DNA of 62,309 nt, from assembly GCA_045597865.1 (NCBI GenBank), contig JAZLKX010000018.1, forward strand, positions 1 through 62,309. The letters are read 5' to 3'. Shown here piece by piece: positions 40,063 through 50,300 of the stretch; the first letter of the stretch is position 1; every line of letters begins with the position of its first letter. The DNA is from Bacilli bacterium (lineage in GTDB: Bacteria; Bacillota_I; Bacilli_A; RFN20; CAG-826). The notes below the pieces were generated by a model that did not search any database, had not been told where the DNA came from, and saw only the letters and a list, made by a program, of their open reading frames with translations. The position numbers and the translations under genes are program-made.

Positions 40063-41862
40063 TCATTCCTCTTCCTCTGCTACATCATAAACTGGGTAGA
40101 CAGTTATTGAATCGGTAATATAACTTGTGTCTTTTGACCAACCTATAAATCCCAATTCTGGATCTAAAAAGGAATAATCTTCACCACCATAGGTTGAAGA
40201 TTCTCCTTCATAAACAAAGTCTTCAAAAAGAAGTTCACCATTGCTACTACGGTAAGTGACAATGTATTCTCCATATGAAGTTACGTATTCTGCGTATGTA
40301 TTAAATGATGCTTCAGGAACAGAATCAAGGTATTCCTCTTTATCCCAATGAACAAAGTAGAATTCTCTATCACCTTGAGCTGGTCTAACAGGTGTTGGGC
40401 CATAGTATTCTGCTTTTTCTCCAACTTCCGCTACATCGGAGTCATATAAAATACCGTTATAGTTAATAAAGTTAATTGAGCTATAAAGTTGATGAGCGCC
40501 ACCGCCTTCTTGAACAAGTTCATATTGAGCAGTGAAAACTGTATTCTTTGTTAAATCTTTTAATGATTTGTCCCAACCAATAAATTTCCAGACATTAATT
40601 CTGTCTCCAACTCTAACAGGGGTTGGTCCAAAGTATGTAACAGTACCACCGTATTCAACGTATTCGGTTGATAAGTATGTTCCGTCATAGTTTTGGAAAA
40701 TACACATAATGTCCTTATGTATTACTTCCCAAGTTGGATAAACATCAATTGATCCAACAATAAAGTCAGTGTCTCTATCCCAACCAGTAAAGATATATTT
40801 AGTGGTTTCTGTACTTGGTCTAGATGGAAGTTCACCTTTGTATTCAACACCTTCACCATAGCTAGCTTTAGATTCTTGAAGTATTGTGCCATCATAGTTT
40901 TTGAAAATAACATCGTATTCACGTAACTTCTTATCAAATTCAGCTGTGATAACCATATCTTGGTGAATATTAGTGAGTGGTTTGTTCCATCCTGAGAAGA
41001 AATATGAATAAGTACCATCACTTGGATGATAAGGAACAGAACCAACGTATTCTGCTGTTCCATTATTTCCGACATAATCTACATAAAGAAGTTCGCCATC
41101 ATAGTTAAGGAAGTCAACTTCATATCTTGCTACTTCTTCATCAAATACAGCGTATGTTGAAAAATCTTCTACAACGTTGGTAATACTTTTATCCCAACCT
41201 GAGAATGTGTAGTCAATTCTATTTGTGGATGGTTTAATTGGAATGATACCTTCATACTCAGCATCTGAACCATAAGATACTTCATCTACAAATAAAACTT
41301 TGTCATCATAATTTAAAAATGTAACGTGATACTTTGTCGGAACAAGAGTGTATTCAGCGTTAAATACTGTGTCATGTGTTATAGCTTCAAGAGGTTTGTT
41401 CCAACCAATAAAGTCATAATAACCATATTCATCTTGAGGTTTAACTGGAGCTGCACCAATGTAAGTAGCTTTTGAACCATATGGAATTTGATCTGTATAT
41501 AAAACAGTTCCGTCAAAGTTCACAAACTTACATTCAATATCTCTTTTCTCTGAGAAGTATTGAGCATAGAAAATTGTATCTTGTTTTACATTTTCTAAGG
41601 ATTTATCCCAGTTAGAGAATGTATATTTCTTTGTTTCGTCTGGTTCTCTTGTAGGAACTGGACCTTCGTAGACTAAAGCTTGGTCTGCTCTAAACTCGGT
41701 TGTCCAAATAACTGAATCATCGTAGTTACGGAACTCAGCTTTGCATAATTTCTTGATAGTTAAGTCGATTGCTCCACTTGCGTCTAAAATTGCAAATGTG
41801 CCAAAAGCTGCAACGCAAACGCCACAAGCAATTGGTAAAATCCATAAACGACTAAACTTCAT
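40063..41862 (-). CDS. Membrane-anchored protein made of about 8 InlB-B/Flg_new-like repeats
   Basis: N-terminal hydrophobic helix, then tandem F.NYDG..L...V.YG..A.Y.G..P.KP...Y.F.GWD repeats. Confidence 0.75.
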   Translation of the reverse strand: MKFSRLWILPIACGVCVAAFGTFAILDASGAIDLTIKKLCKAEFRNYDDSVIWTTEFRADQALVYEGPVPTREPDETKKYTFSNWDKSLENVKQDTIFYAQYFSEKRDIECKFVNFDGTVLYTDQIPYGSKATYIGAAPVKPQDEYGYYDFIGWNKPLEAITHDTVFNAEYTLVPTKYHVTFLNYDDKVLFVDEVSYGSDAEYEGIIPIKPSTNRIDYTFSGWDKSITNVVEDFSTYAVFDEEVARYEVDFLNYDGELLYVDYVGNNGTAEYVGSVPYHPSDGTYSYFFSGWNKPLTNIHQDMVITAEFDKKLREYDVIFKNYDGTILQESKASYGEGVEYKGELPSRPSTETTKYIFTGWDRDTDFIVGSIDVYPTWEVIHKDIMCIFQNYDGTYLSTEYVEYGGTVTYFGPTPVRVGDRINVWKFIGWDKSLKDLTKNTVFTAQYELVQEGGGAHQLYSSINFINYNGILYDSDVAEVGEKAEYYGPTPVRPAQGDREFYFVHWDKEEYLDSVPEASFNTYAEYVTSYGEYIVTYRSSNGELLFEDFVYEGESSTYGGEDYSFLDPELGFIGWSKDTSYITDSITVYPVYDVAEEEE

Positions 41863-41898
41863 ATTCACTTATAATGAACCGACTAATTGTACGTGTAT

Positions 41899-41926
41899 AT
41901 TATACACTCGAACAATTTATAGGCAA
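41899..41926 (-). promoter_or_regulatory. Sigma-A-like promoter of the surface-protein/McrB-like operon
   Basis: Minus strand TTGCCT-N16-TATAAT upstream of the first gene. Confidence 0.55.
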
Positions 41927-42010
41927 GTACATGTGTGTACGTGAATAATTTAAAATGAAAAAAATAATGTGTTTGCAGATCTGAATTTAAACATAGCTTT
42001 TTCGTAATAA

Positions 42011-42521
42011 TTAGAGGCAATCATACACTACTATTTCTTTGCTTTAAATTTCTGATAACATTTCTAGTGCAACAGTAAAGTTAGTCCAGAAATCAACTGG
42101 ACAATCAATCATTAATGATTGGACATGTTCTTTTTTCGACAATTCAACATAGAAATCGATGTCAAATTCATAAGTGCATTTATGTGTTATTTTTGGAGTC
42201 AAAAACTACTATTTTTTGAATCGATTTGTATTGCTTTAATGCATCAATAATTTTCTCAATTCTAGCTTGTTAAATTGAGTGAATATTTATACTTTCTTTT
42301 CCTACAAATTTTGAATACGTTTTTAGGTGAATAAAGTACTTAAAAACATCAATATATTCCTCATCAGTAATACCATCTTGTATTAACGCCATTAGGTATG
42401 GCAAAGGTTCTGCAGCGCCTTGTTCCAATTCTTTGAGTATGGGTACAGGTATTCCATATTTCTCAGCAAATTGAGATTGTGACAAATCTGCCTGTTTGCG
42501 TAAGTCTTTAACCTTGTTCAT
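42011..42521 (-). pseudogene. Disrupted HTH-nucleotidyltransferase (MNT-type) gene
   Basis: XRE HTH ORF stops at TAA 42270; downstream reading continues QARIEKII..KIVVFDS / frameshift / FDIDFYVE..EI*SKEIVVY. Confidence 0.65.
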
Positions 42522-42660
42522 GGCTCCACTACACTCTATTTAGATATAGTTGCAAATTGCTAGTTCAATAAGCTTTTACCTATAACACATATCAAATTAT
42601 TGTATTTTTCATTGGGTTGACTTCGCTAGAGAATAAAGGTGCAAGGAGGAGGAACTTGCA

Positions 42661-43467
42661 ATGAAAAATAAAAAGAAAAATTACTTCTTTGGAAAGTATT
42701 ATAAGTTTGTGAATCAGCTTGGTTATTCTTTCGCTTTAATAGACGCTGATACGTCAAAAGGAAAAGTGATCCAACTTATCAATAAGAATGAGTCATACGT
42801 CATTGATGATCCTAAACAAATATGTGTTGGAGAGAATAATATTGAGTTTAATGTAAATCAGAAAGGTCTAACCATTATAGGTTGTTTATCTATTGGGACA
42901 TTGCATCCGCTTGATAGGGATGTGATGGGTTGCCTTAGATACATGAACCTTCAATGTAAACATAATATCTACTCAATGTACCATAAAGTCGGAGGGAGAC
43001 TAATAATAAATGGTATCTTACATTCTTTCCTTAATGGAGTTGGGTATATTGAAGGGGATGAAGGTACTTCATTCCCTAAAAAATACATCTGGTTCAACTC
43101 CATTAACTATGACTATGGACTTACTCTTGCTATTGCAACCATTCCTCTTTGTAAGGTATTTCGCTTTACTGGTTGTTTTTTAACCATTAAAGACGAAGAC
43201 CAAGAATTCGTTTTCTCCAGTTTAAACGGTCTTCGTATATGTAAGATATCGAAATACCTTCTGATACTTAGAAAAGGTAGTTATGTATTTAAACTCTATC
43301 TAGATGATTCTATAGGACAAAAATTGTACGCTCCAGATCATGGAGAGATGAAATATTTCATACATGAGGCTATTAAAGTAATCTCAGGATTTGAATTATT
43401 CCATAAAGGTAAACTCATATTTTCTAGATATGATGTTCAAGGATCCCTAGAAAGAGTAAATCTATAA
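42661..43467 (+). CDS. Tocopherol-cyclase-like family protein
   Basis: YFFGKYYKF and GYIEGDEGTSFPKKYIW resemble the family motifs YFEGWY.K and GYIEKDWG.SFP..YIW; AGGAGG RBS. Confidence 0.6.
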   Translation: MKNKKKNYFFGKYYKFVNQLGYSFALIDADTSKGKVIQLINKNESYVIDDPKQICVGENNIEFNVNQKGLTIIGCLSIGTLHPLDRDVMGCLRYMNLQCKHNIYSMYHKVGGRLIINGILHSFLNGVGYIEGDEGTSFPKKYIWFNSINYDYGLTLAIATIPLCKVFRFTGCFLTIKDEDQEFVFSSLNGLRICKISKYLLILRKGSYVFKLYLDDSIGQKLYAPDHGEMKYFIHEAIKVISGFELFHKGKLIFSRYDVQGSLERVNL

Positions 43468-43563
43468 CTAACTATATAAACACTGAAAGGAGCAGATTCC
43501 CGTTTCTGCTCCTTTCTTTTGTTTTTCGTAAAGGATTTATTAATCCGTATTAAGAAAAACCGA
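43403..43563 (+). repeat. Repeat unit A: gene 3' end + terminator (43486-43520) + conserved hairpin (43521-43560)
   Basis: Near-identical to 46982-47148, partly to 45554-45660. Confidence 0.9.
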
Positions 43564-43590
43564 CAACTTTTTTATATTCCTTTAAAATTA

Positions 43591-43723
43591 ATTCAATATT
43601 TTATAAAAAAGGATAATAAAATTAAATTATTTAAAATAATTTATCGAATATTTTTTTGCATTTTCTTGTAAATATTTTATAAAAACAAAGCAAAAAAACA
43701 TTCAATATTTTATAAAAAAGGAT
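43591..43723 (+). promoter_or_regulatory. 24-bp direct repeat ATTCAATATTTTATAAAAAAGGAT, probable operators
   Basis: Exact copies at 43591-43614 and 43700-43723, partial copy at 43671-43685, upstream of an HTH gene. Confidence 0.6.
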
Positions 43724-43736
43724 TACAATATTGAAT

Positions 43737-44618
43737 ATGAAAACAGTTATCCTTAACTTAAATTATGTATTAGAAAAAATAAAGAAAGATTCAAATCTTT
43801 CTAATTCTTTTATTGCAAAGGATATTTTAAGAGTCGTTCCTTCTCAAGTAACAAATTATCTAAACTATAGTAGTATTTTACCAAAAGAAAAAGGATTGCT
43901 GCTTAACGAATATTTAAAAAACCATCATAATAAGACAATCTATGATTATATATTTACTCTAATTAACGAAGATGGGTTTTATTTTCATGGCTCAAAAAAT
44001 AAAATAATAGGAGAAATTAATCTTAACATTTCAGTAGATACACACGATTTTGGAAAAGGTTTTTATTTAGGAGAAACTTTTCTTCAATCATCAACATGGG
44101 CATCAGATCAATTTAATGACGGAAATATTTACAAATGCAAACTTGATTTAGATGGTCTTGATTGCCTTATCTTAGAAGGAATCGAATGGATCTTGTTTGT
44201 CGGTTTTTGTAGAGGAAAAATAGAAAATATCCCTGAAAACAAAGAGATTTTGAAATATTGCAATGAAATTATTGAACACAAATATGACGTTATAATTGGA
44301 AAAATCGCAGATGATAAAATGGGATTTTCAATGGAATCATTTTTTGCAAATAGAATAACCGACAAAACAGTTTATGAATGCCTTCAAAAATTGAAAATCG
44401 GAAATCAATATTGCATTAAAACCGAAAAAGCAAAAACACATCTTAAATTACTTGAACATTATCATTTAGAAAATTCATTAAAAGAAATCATTGATGAATA
44501 TGGTCATAAATCTAGAGAAACAGCAGCAATCGAAGCCAAAATTCTAATGGACAATGAGGATAATGACGGATTAAAGTTTTCAAAATTAAGAACTCGATAT
44601 GAATACAAAAAACGATAG
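43737..44618 (+). CDS. HTH + DUF3990 protein
   Basis: N-terminal HTH-like region; FHGS, DFGKGFYL, YDVIIGKIADD, GNQYCIKTEKA. Confidence 0.75.
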   Translation: MKTVILNLNYVLEKIKKDSNLSNSFIAKDILRVVPSQVTNYLNYSSILPKEKGLLLNEYLKNHHNKTIYDYIFTLINEDGFYFHGSKNKIIGEINLNISVDTHDFGKGFYLGETFLQSSTWASDQFNDGNIYKCKLDLDGLDCLILEGIEWILFVGFCRGKIENIPENKEILKYCNEIIEHKYDVIIGKIADDKMGFSMESFFANRITDKTVYECLQKLKIGNQYCIKTEKAKTHLKLLEHYHLENSLKEIIDEYGHKSRETAAIEAKILMDNEDNDGLKFSKLRTRYEYKKR

Positions 44619-45537
44619 CTACAATATTTATCTTTGCGAACTTCAAGGCAGAATATTTTATTTAGCCTCTTTTTTAGAATATGATTTGCCAACACTAATA
44701 AAAGTCTATATGAAAAGTAGGATTGCCAAAATGATGGATAATGAATATTCAAGTATTCAAGGAAGAAGTCCGGCTTCATTGCTAGACATATTTATATTAG
44801 AAAATAAAAAGGAACTAAAAAAACAATCTGTCAAATACAATCCAGATGCTGCAGAATGGCTTGGATACTTTTATAAGTATTGGCAATTAAATACAAAAGA
44901 ACCATCAAGTAAAATTGTTGGAAAGTTAAAACCAATTGATGGTCTAAAAAAATACTTTAATTTTCATCAAATGGATTTTGTTCAGGCAATTGATCTATGT
45001 AAAAAAGAATACAATTTAAAAAGAAACGCTCATAGAAAATATGAAATTAAAAAGAATCAAGTTAAAAATAGTGAAATATTAAATCAAAATTCAAAAGAAT
45101 CTTTTGCAAAAACACTTCTAATTAAAGCCTATGGAAGCGAAATATTTAAAGATTTAACAGAAGACTATTCTAGCAAAACTCGCTACGACCTTATTTCAAT
45201 AAATTTAGAAGTTGGAGTAGATATTAAAGTAGTTAATAAATTTGATAACAACCAACTTCTAAATTTATACTTAAGCGAAAATGAAGAAATGTTGTATTCA
45301 AAAATATGTGCAGATAATTCAATATTGTTTATTTTTGTTACATCAAGTGACTATGATGAAATTTATATAAATAGAGAATTAATCAATCTATACAATGAAT
45401 ATTTAAATAAACGAAGTAAATTTGACACTTTATTTATTTATATTGATAGTGTTCTCTACGAAATAAATAAACCATTAGGAATAAGTAAAATTTATTTAGG
45501 CACCACTTTAAATAAAGTAAATAAGCAAGAAAAGTGA
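44599..45537 (+). CDS. DUF3990-associated hypothetical protein
   Basis: Overlaps the DUF3990 gene; AEWLGYFYKYW and FHQMD; possible D..DIK nuclease-like motif in the C-terminal half. Confidence 0.55.
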   Translation: MNTKNDSYNIYLCELQGRIFYLASFLEYDLPTLIKVYMKSRIAKMMDNEYSSIQGRSPASLLDIFILENKKELKKQSVKYNPDAAEWLGYFYKYWQLNTKEPSSKIVGKLKPIDGLKKYFNFHQMDFVQAIDLCKKEYNLKRNAHRKYEIKKNQVKNSEILNQNSKESFAKTLLIKAYGSEIFKDLTEDYSSKTRYDLISINLEVGVDIKVVNKFDNNQLLNLYLSENEEMLYSKICADNSILFIFVTSSDYDEIYINRELINLYNEYLNKRSKFDTLFIYIDSVLYEINKPLGISKIYLGTTLNKVNKQEK

Positions 45538-45553
45538 AGCAAACTATTATTAT

Positions 45554-45660
45554 AGAGTAAATTTATTACACTACTACATACCAAAAGGACGCGACCCAAT
45601 GCGTTCTTTTCTCTTGTTTTTCGAAAAGGATTCCTTATTAATCCATATTAAGAAAAACCG
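45554..45660 (+). repeat. Repeat unit B: eroded gene end + terminator (45583-45610) + hairpin (45616-45658)
   Basis: AGAGTAAAT remnant; GTTTTTCGAAAAGGATT-CCTTATT-AATCCATATTAAGAAAAAC. Confidence 0.8.
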
Positions 45661-45730
45661 GATTTTCATATACCTATAAAACAGGTATTCTAATTACTAT
45701 TGACAAAACTCGGTAGAAAAAGTTTAAAAA

Positions 45731-46168
45731 TCAATCTAATAATTTGAAATGATTAGAATATTCATTCTTTAACACATCATAAATAAACATTGTCTCAGGT
45801 TTATTTTTAGGTAAGTGTGTTTTAGCGTATATTAATAAGATTTCTAATTTGTTTGAAGCATTGTCAATAAAACAAATACAACGGTTGCCAGAAGCTTTAG
45901 TCGAAAGATTGGTTCCCGCTACTCTAAAGTCATATTTAAACAACCAGTATTGCCCTTTATGTTTTAATTCATCAACTTGTTGACTACGTTGAGTTGTGTT
46001 GTTCGGAAGCCTAAGACGTGCTAGGTCAAACTTAATAGATAAATCTGTTTTCTCCCATTGTTTGCCTTTGTAATCTTTTGTAAAACTCTTTAAATAATGT
46101 GACTCAGCATATTTTGAGTAAGTCACACTAAATAAGTTATTAGAGTTTGGCAAAAGATTAGTAAACAT
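45731..46168 (-). CDS. Putative RelE/HigB-like toxin
   Basis: KASGNRCICF...EILLIYAK resembles KSGG.RVIY...LL.IYAK; overlaps the upstream antitoxin gene. Confidence 0.5.
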   Translation of the reverse strand: MFTNLLPNSNNLFSVTYSKYAESHYLKSFTKDYKGKQWEKTDLSIKFDLARLRLPNNTTQRSQQVDELKHKGQYWLFKYDFRVAGTNLSTKASGNRCICFIDNASNKLEILLIYAKTHLPKNKPETMFIYDVLKNEYSNHFKLLD

Positions 46169-46829
46169 TCTCTGGATCCTCTTGGAGAATTAACTCATAT
46201 GGGATGGCCTCATTTTCTCTACATGCCATCCATGGCTTTTGTTTATGTGTAAAGTTAACAATCTCTTGAGTTGTTGATTTAGCCCATTTCTTGCAGATGT
46301 TATCCATCTCTTTCTTTTCTTCATCACTTAATAAGGAAAGATGCTTTGTATCGCATGAGCGGGATAAGGTTAACATTTGAGCACCTTCACTTAATGGATC
46401 AAGATGCATCTCACCACCATCAATCATTTCATCAACAATTTCTAAAAATGGTTCTGCAAGTGGCCCATAATCTTTGCATTTATAAATAACTGAACTCATT
46501 GATTCTAAATTGTTGTAATAGTGATTAAAGTCAGTTAAGTATAAAAGTTTTGCAAGTTTTGTTTTCGGTAATCCTTTAACACCAAACTTGGAAAGAATAT
46601 AAACAAGCATTTCTTTAAATTTATTTGTGTTTTGAACTTCATAATAGAATTCATTAATATGAACTCCAAAAATATTAGCTAGTTGTTCAAGCTGAGTTGT
46701 GCTTAATGATGCAGTACCATTTTCAAACTTCATATAGGTTTGTCTAGTAATGCCCATTTTACTTGCAATATCATCTTGTGAATAACCTAAATTTTTTCTA
46801 ATTTGGAATACATTTGAATTAATGCTCAT
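46158..46829 (-). CDS. XRE-HTH + Panacea (DUF4065/SocA-like) antitoxin
   Basis: HTH SQDDIASKMGITRQTYMKFENG; KTKLAKLLYLTDF...YGP; THKQKPW; GAGGAG RBS. Confidence 0.85.
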   Translation of the reverse strand: MSINSNVFQIRKNLGYSQDDIASKMGITRQTYMKFENGTASLSTTQLEQLANIFGVHINEFYYEVQNTNKFKEMLVYILSKFGVKGLPKTKLAKLLYLTDFNHYYNNLESMSSVIYKCKDYGPLAEPFLEIVDEMIDGGEMHLDPLSEGAQMLTLSRSCDTKHLSLLSDEEKKEMDNICKKWAKSTTQEIVNFTHKQKPWMACRENEAIPYELILQEDPENVY

Positions 46830-46981
46830 TGTTTTACTCCTCAAATTATGTTAATCAATTTTTACTTAACTTTGTTAATATTATATAACATTTGAAAATC
46901 ATTTCAAGTAAGTTTTAAAGATGTATTTTAACCTAAACAAGAAGAAGTATTAGAAACTTCAAAAAAGATTAAATTACATTA

Positions 46982-47148
46982 ATAAAAGTAAACTTATACT
47001 AATAGATATGATGTCCAAGGATCCCTTGAAAGAGTAAATATGTAATCTAACTATATAAACCCTGAAAAGGAGCAGATTCCCGTTTCTGCTTCTTTCTTTT
47101 TTTGTTTTTCATAAAGGATTCCTTACTAATCCGTATTAAGAAAAACCC
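46982..47148 (+). repeat. Repeat unit C: displaced 3' end of the tocopherol-cyclase-like gene + terminator + hairpin (47104-47146)
   Basis: Encodes RYDVQGSLERVNM* versus gene RYDVQGSLERVNL*. Confidence 0.9.
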
Positions 47149-47170
47149 AACCATATATCCTTATATATTA

Positions 47171-47198
47171 AAAGGCACAATCATAATGACTGTGCCCT
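47171..47198 (-). terminator. Terminator of the giant-gene/peptide transcript
   Basis: Minus strand GGCACAGTC-ATTAT-GATTGTGCC-TTTT. Confidence 0.65.
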
Positions 47199-47227
47199 AT
47201 TGTCTCTAATGATATGAGACTTGATAG

Positions 47228-47344
47228 TTAATCCACAATGACTTCTTCTTCTGTCGGATCATAAGTTTGTTCTTGACCAGAAGTACAAATTATATCTTCC
47301 AAAAGAACAACAACTTCGATACTTGGTTTTATATATTTTTCCAT
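47228..47344 (-). CDS. 38-aa peptide MEKYIKPSIEVVVLLEDIICTSGQEQTYDPTEEEVIVD
   Basis: Not in the ORF track; GGAGG RBS right after the stop of the 2857-aa gene; followed by a terminator. Confidence 0.75.
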   Translation of the reverse strand: MEKYIKPSIEVVVLLEDIICTSGQEQTYDPTEEEVIVD

Positions 47345-47357
47345 AATTTGTTCCTCC

Positions 47358-50300
47358 TTATTCTGCTTGAACTCCAAGTTCAACTAACGCTAAGAGAATG
47401 TGATCAAGATTTGGGTCTTTAGCATGATCATCAGCTATTGAATATTTCAACTCATTAAATGATCCTGAAACAACATTACTATAGTCGACCAAATTACCAT
47501 CTTTATCGACAACAACAATTGCAACGGAGTAAACTCTATCAAATTTAGCTGTATCAGTTCCTTTAAACTTAAGAACTAACGATGCTTGATTTTGAATAAG
47601 CTTATCGTCGCCAATCAATTTTGTGTTATAAGATGAATTCCAAAGTTCATCGAATGTCATTGCTTCATCGCTATATCCATATATAAACATAACTGTGTAT
47701 TCATCTGAACCTTGATATTGACTCAATCTTTCGTCTTCGTATTTATATTCATAAGCAATACCAGCATAAATATCTGATACGGTATTATTATCGTGGTATG
47801 TATATGAAACATATCCATAAGCATTTTCTTCCATTGTGCCTGCTGCTTTTCTAAGCGATAATCCCATTAAGGTATCTTCATCTTTTGCAATGAATTTTAC
47901 GTATTGAATGTCGCCTTCTATTTCATCCCACTCAACATAATTAATTCCATCGGAAGAAACAAGAATTTGACATTCAGTATCATTCAATAAGACAATGTCG
48001 GCTTCGACAAATCTCTTATATTCGCCAGCTTCAGCAACAACTACATAACCCTCATCAGTTTGTTTAATTGTTCCATTTTCGTTTACACCATTAATAACAG
48101 CCTCGGTCTTGACATCACTATATTCGTTTTTAACATCAACAGTAAATGTGCCGCTAGTTGTATCATAATTTTCTCTTTCAATTGGTGCATATGTTTCTGG
48201 AGAAGCAATTGTCTTAAAGACTGCTTGATATGTTGCTTCTCCCTTAACTGATACTACTGATGGTGACCAACCAACGAATGCTTTATTGTCACTATTTGGT
48301 GTAGCTCCACTATATTGTGGAATTGAACCATATTCGAATGAGCTTGATTGTAATACAACATCACCATTTTTAAACGTAATAGTATATGATTTAACAGTTT
48401 CTTTAAATACAGCTGTATAAACCGCATCTTCAGTTATAGCAACTACATTTGGAGTCCAACCTACAAATTCATATTCATATTGTGCTGTATCTGGTTTCAC
48501 TGGATCAGAACCATATGATGGAGTTTCGCCATATTGAACTTCGCGTTTATCTTCAACGCCATCAACAATCCATGTTACATAATAGATTCTGTCTTCTTCT
48601 TTAAATTGTGCAGTATAAGTTATATCACCTGTGACAACATCAATTTCAGGATCCCAGCAATTAAATGTATAAACCTTGTAGACTGTAGATGGTTTTGTTG
48701 GGGTTTCGCCATTAAATTCAGGGGTTGTTCCATAATTAACATTAGGGTCTGTTTCTAAGATAGTTCCGTCATAATTTTTCCAAATTACTGTATAACTTCT
48801 AAGTTCTGACGAGAATTGTGCAACATAGGTTACATCACCAGTTACTGAAGAAACTTCTGGAGCCCAACCACTAAAGGTGTAATTGTATTGAGCATCACTT
48901 GCTTTTGTTGGTGTTGTACCATTGTATTCAGGCATGGTTCCATATGGAACATTTGCATCAGTTTCTAATGTAGAATCGCCGTCTTTCCAAGTAACTGTAT
49001 AGCTTCTAAGTTCTGACGAGAATTGTGCAACATAAGTTACATCGCCTGTTACTGAAGAAACTTCTGGTGCCCAACCGGTAAATGTATAGTTATACTGAGC
49101 ATCACTTGCTTTTGTTGGTGTTGTACCATTGTATTCAGGCATGGTTCCATATGGAACATTTGTGTCAATTTCTAAGACAGTATCACCATTTTTCCATGTA
49201 ACTGTATATTTATTTATTTCCCATTTAGCATATAAAGTAACATCTTCGTGCATGTTAAATTTGCCTGTTTCTTGTTTGCCCCAGTCACCAGTAGAAGTGC
49301 CATCTTTTGTAAACCAACCTTTGAATGTATAACCTTCTTTTTTAACATCAGTTGGCAAAGTTATTTCAGAACCGGCTTGATAAGAATCACTACTGCTGCC
49401 ATCACTAATGATCGCATCTTCAATGTTCTCATAAACGAGATTGTACACTTCATATTCAACCTCCCTATCTAACTCATTATATGAAGGACCGTATTTTGCA
49501 ACAATTTCATCATAAGTAGTAATAAAGTCTGCGAACATTTCTGTAGTAACTTTTGTGCCATCTTTACTTTCAACAACTGCATATTGTAATAAAACTTTAT
49601 CATCTTTATTTAAAACAGCATATTCAGTAGATTCAAAGATGTTTTTCCAGTTTGCGATATCTAAATTATCGCCACCCCAGGCATATACAAAGTCAAATAA
49701 TGCATCTGTGATGTTGTCAGTATTGTCTTTATAGCCTATTGTTGATTGACCTGGTACATACTTATATAAGTAGACAAAATCATAATCTCCAATGTTACTT
49801 GTTGCATAGCACTTAACACCAGTATGATTACCGTTAGTAAATCCAAGGAATCTATTACTGTTACTAGCATTTTGAATGTAGAAATAACCTGACTCTGAAT
49901 CCTTAGTGAAATAGAATGTTGAGCCGCTATCATTCCAGGAAGCGGATGTCGAACTGCTATTTGCTAAATACTTGTTAGAAGTTCTACCAGGACAATAAAT
50001 TAAATATCCGCCATCTATAGCTGAAAGTCTAAATTCAGTTTCTGTTGAACTAATCTGGTATGCACTGCTTGATGCATTGCTGCTATTAATAAATGCTCCG
50101 GTTGTGCCAAGTGCATATTGACCATTTACAGTAATCTGACTTGCATCTGTTACTAATTGATATGAACCTTCTCCTGGAATTTCGTAATAAGTAACAATAT
50201 TCAAATCATCAGGTTTATTAACAGTAATACTAAACGAATCTTGAATTGATGTATTGTTTAATGTAACTGTTACGTTATGATTTCCTCTTGTTAATTCTAA

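Noticed and set aside
47228-47344. Complete lasso peptide gene cluster
   Set aside because: No cyclase, RRE or B2 protease nearby, and the only transglutaminase-like domain in the window is extracellular and lacks Cys/His
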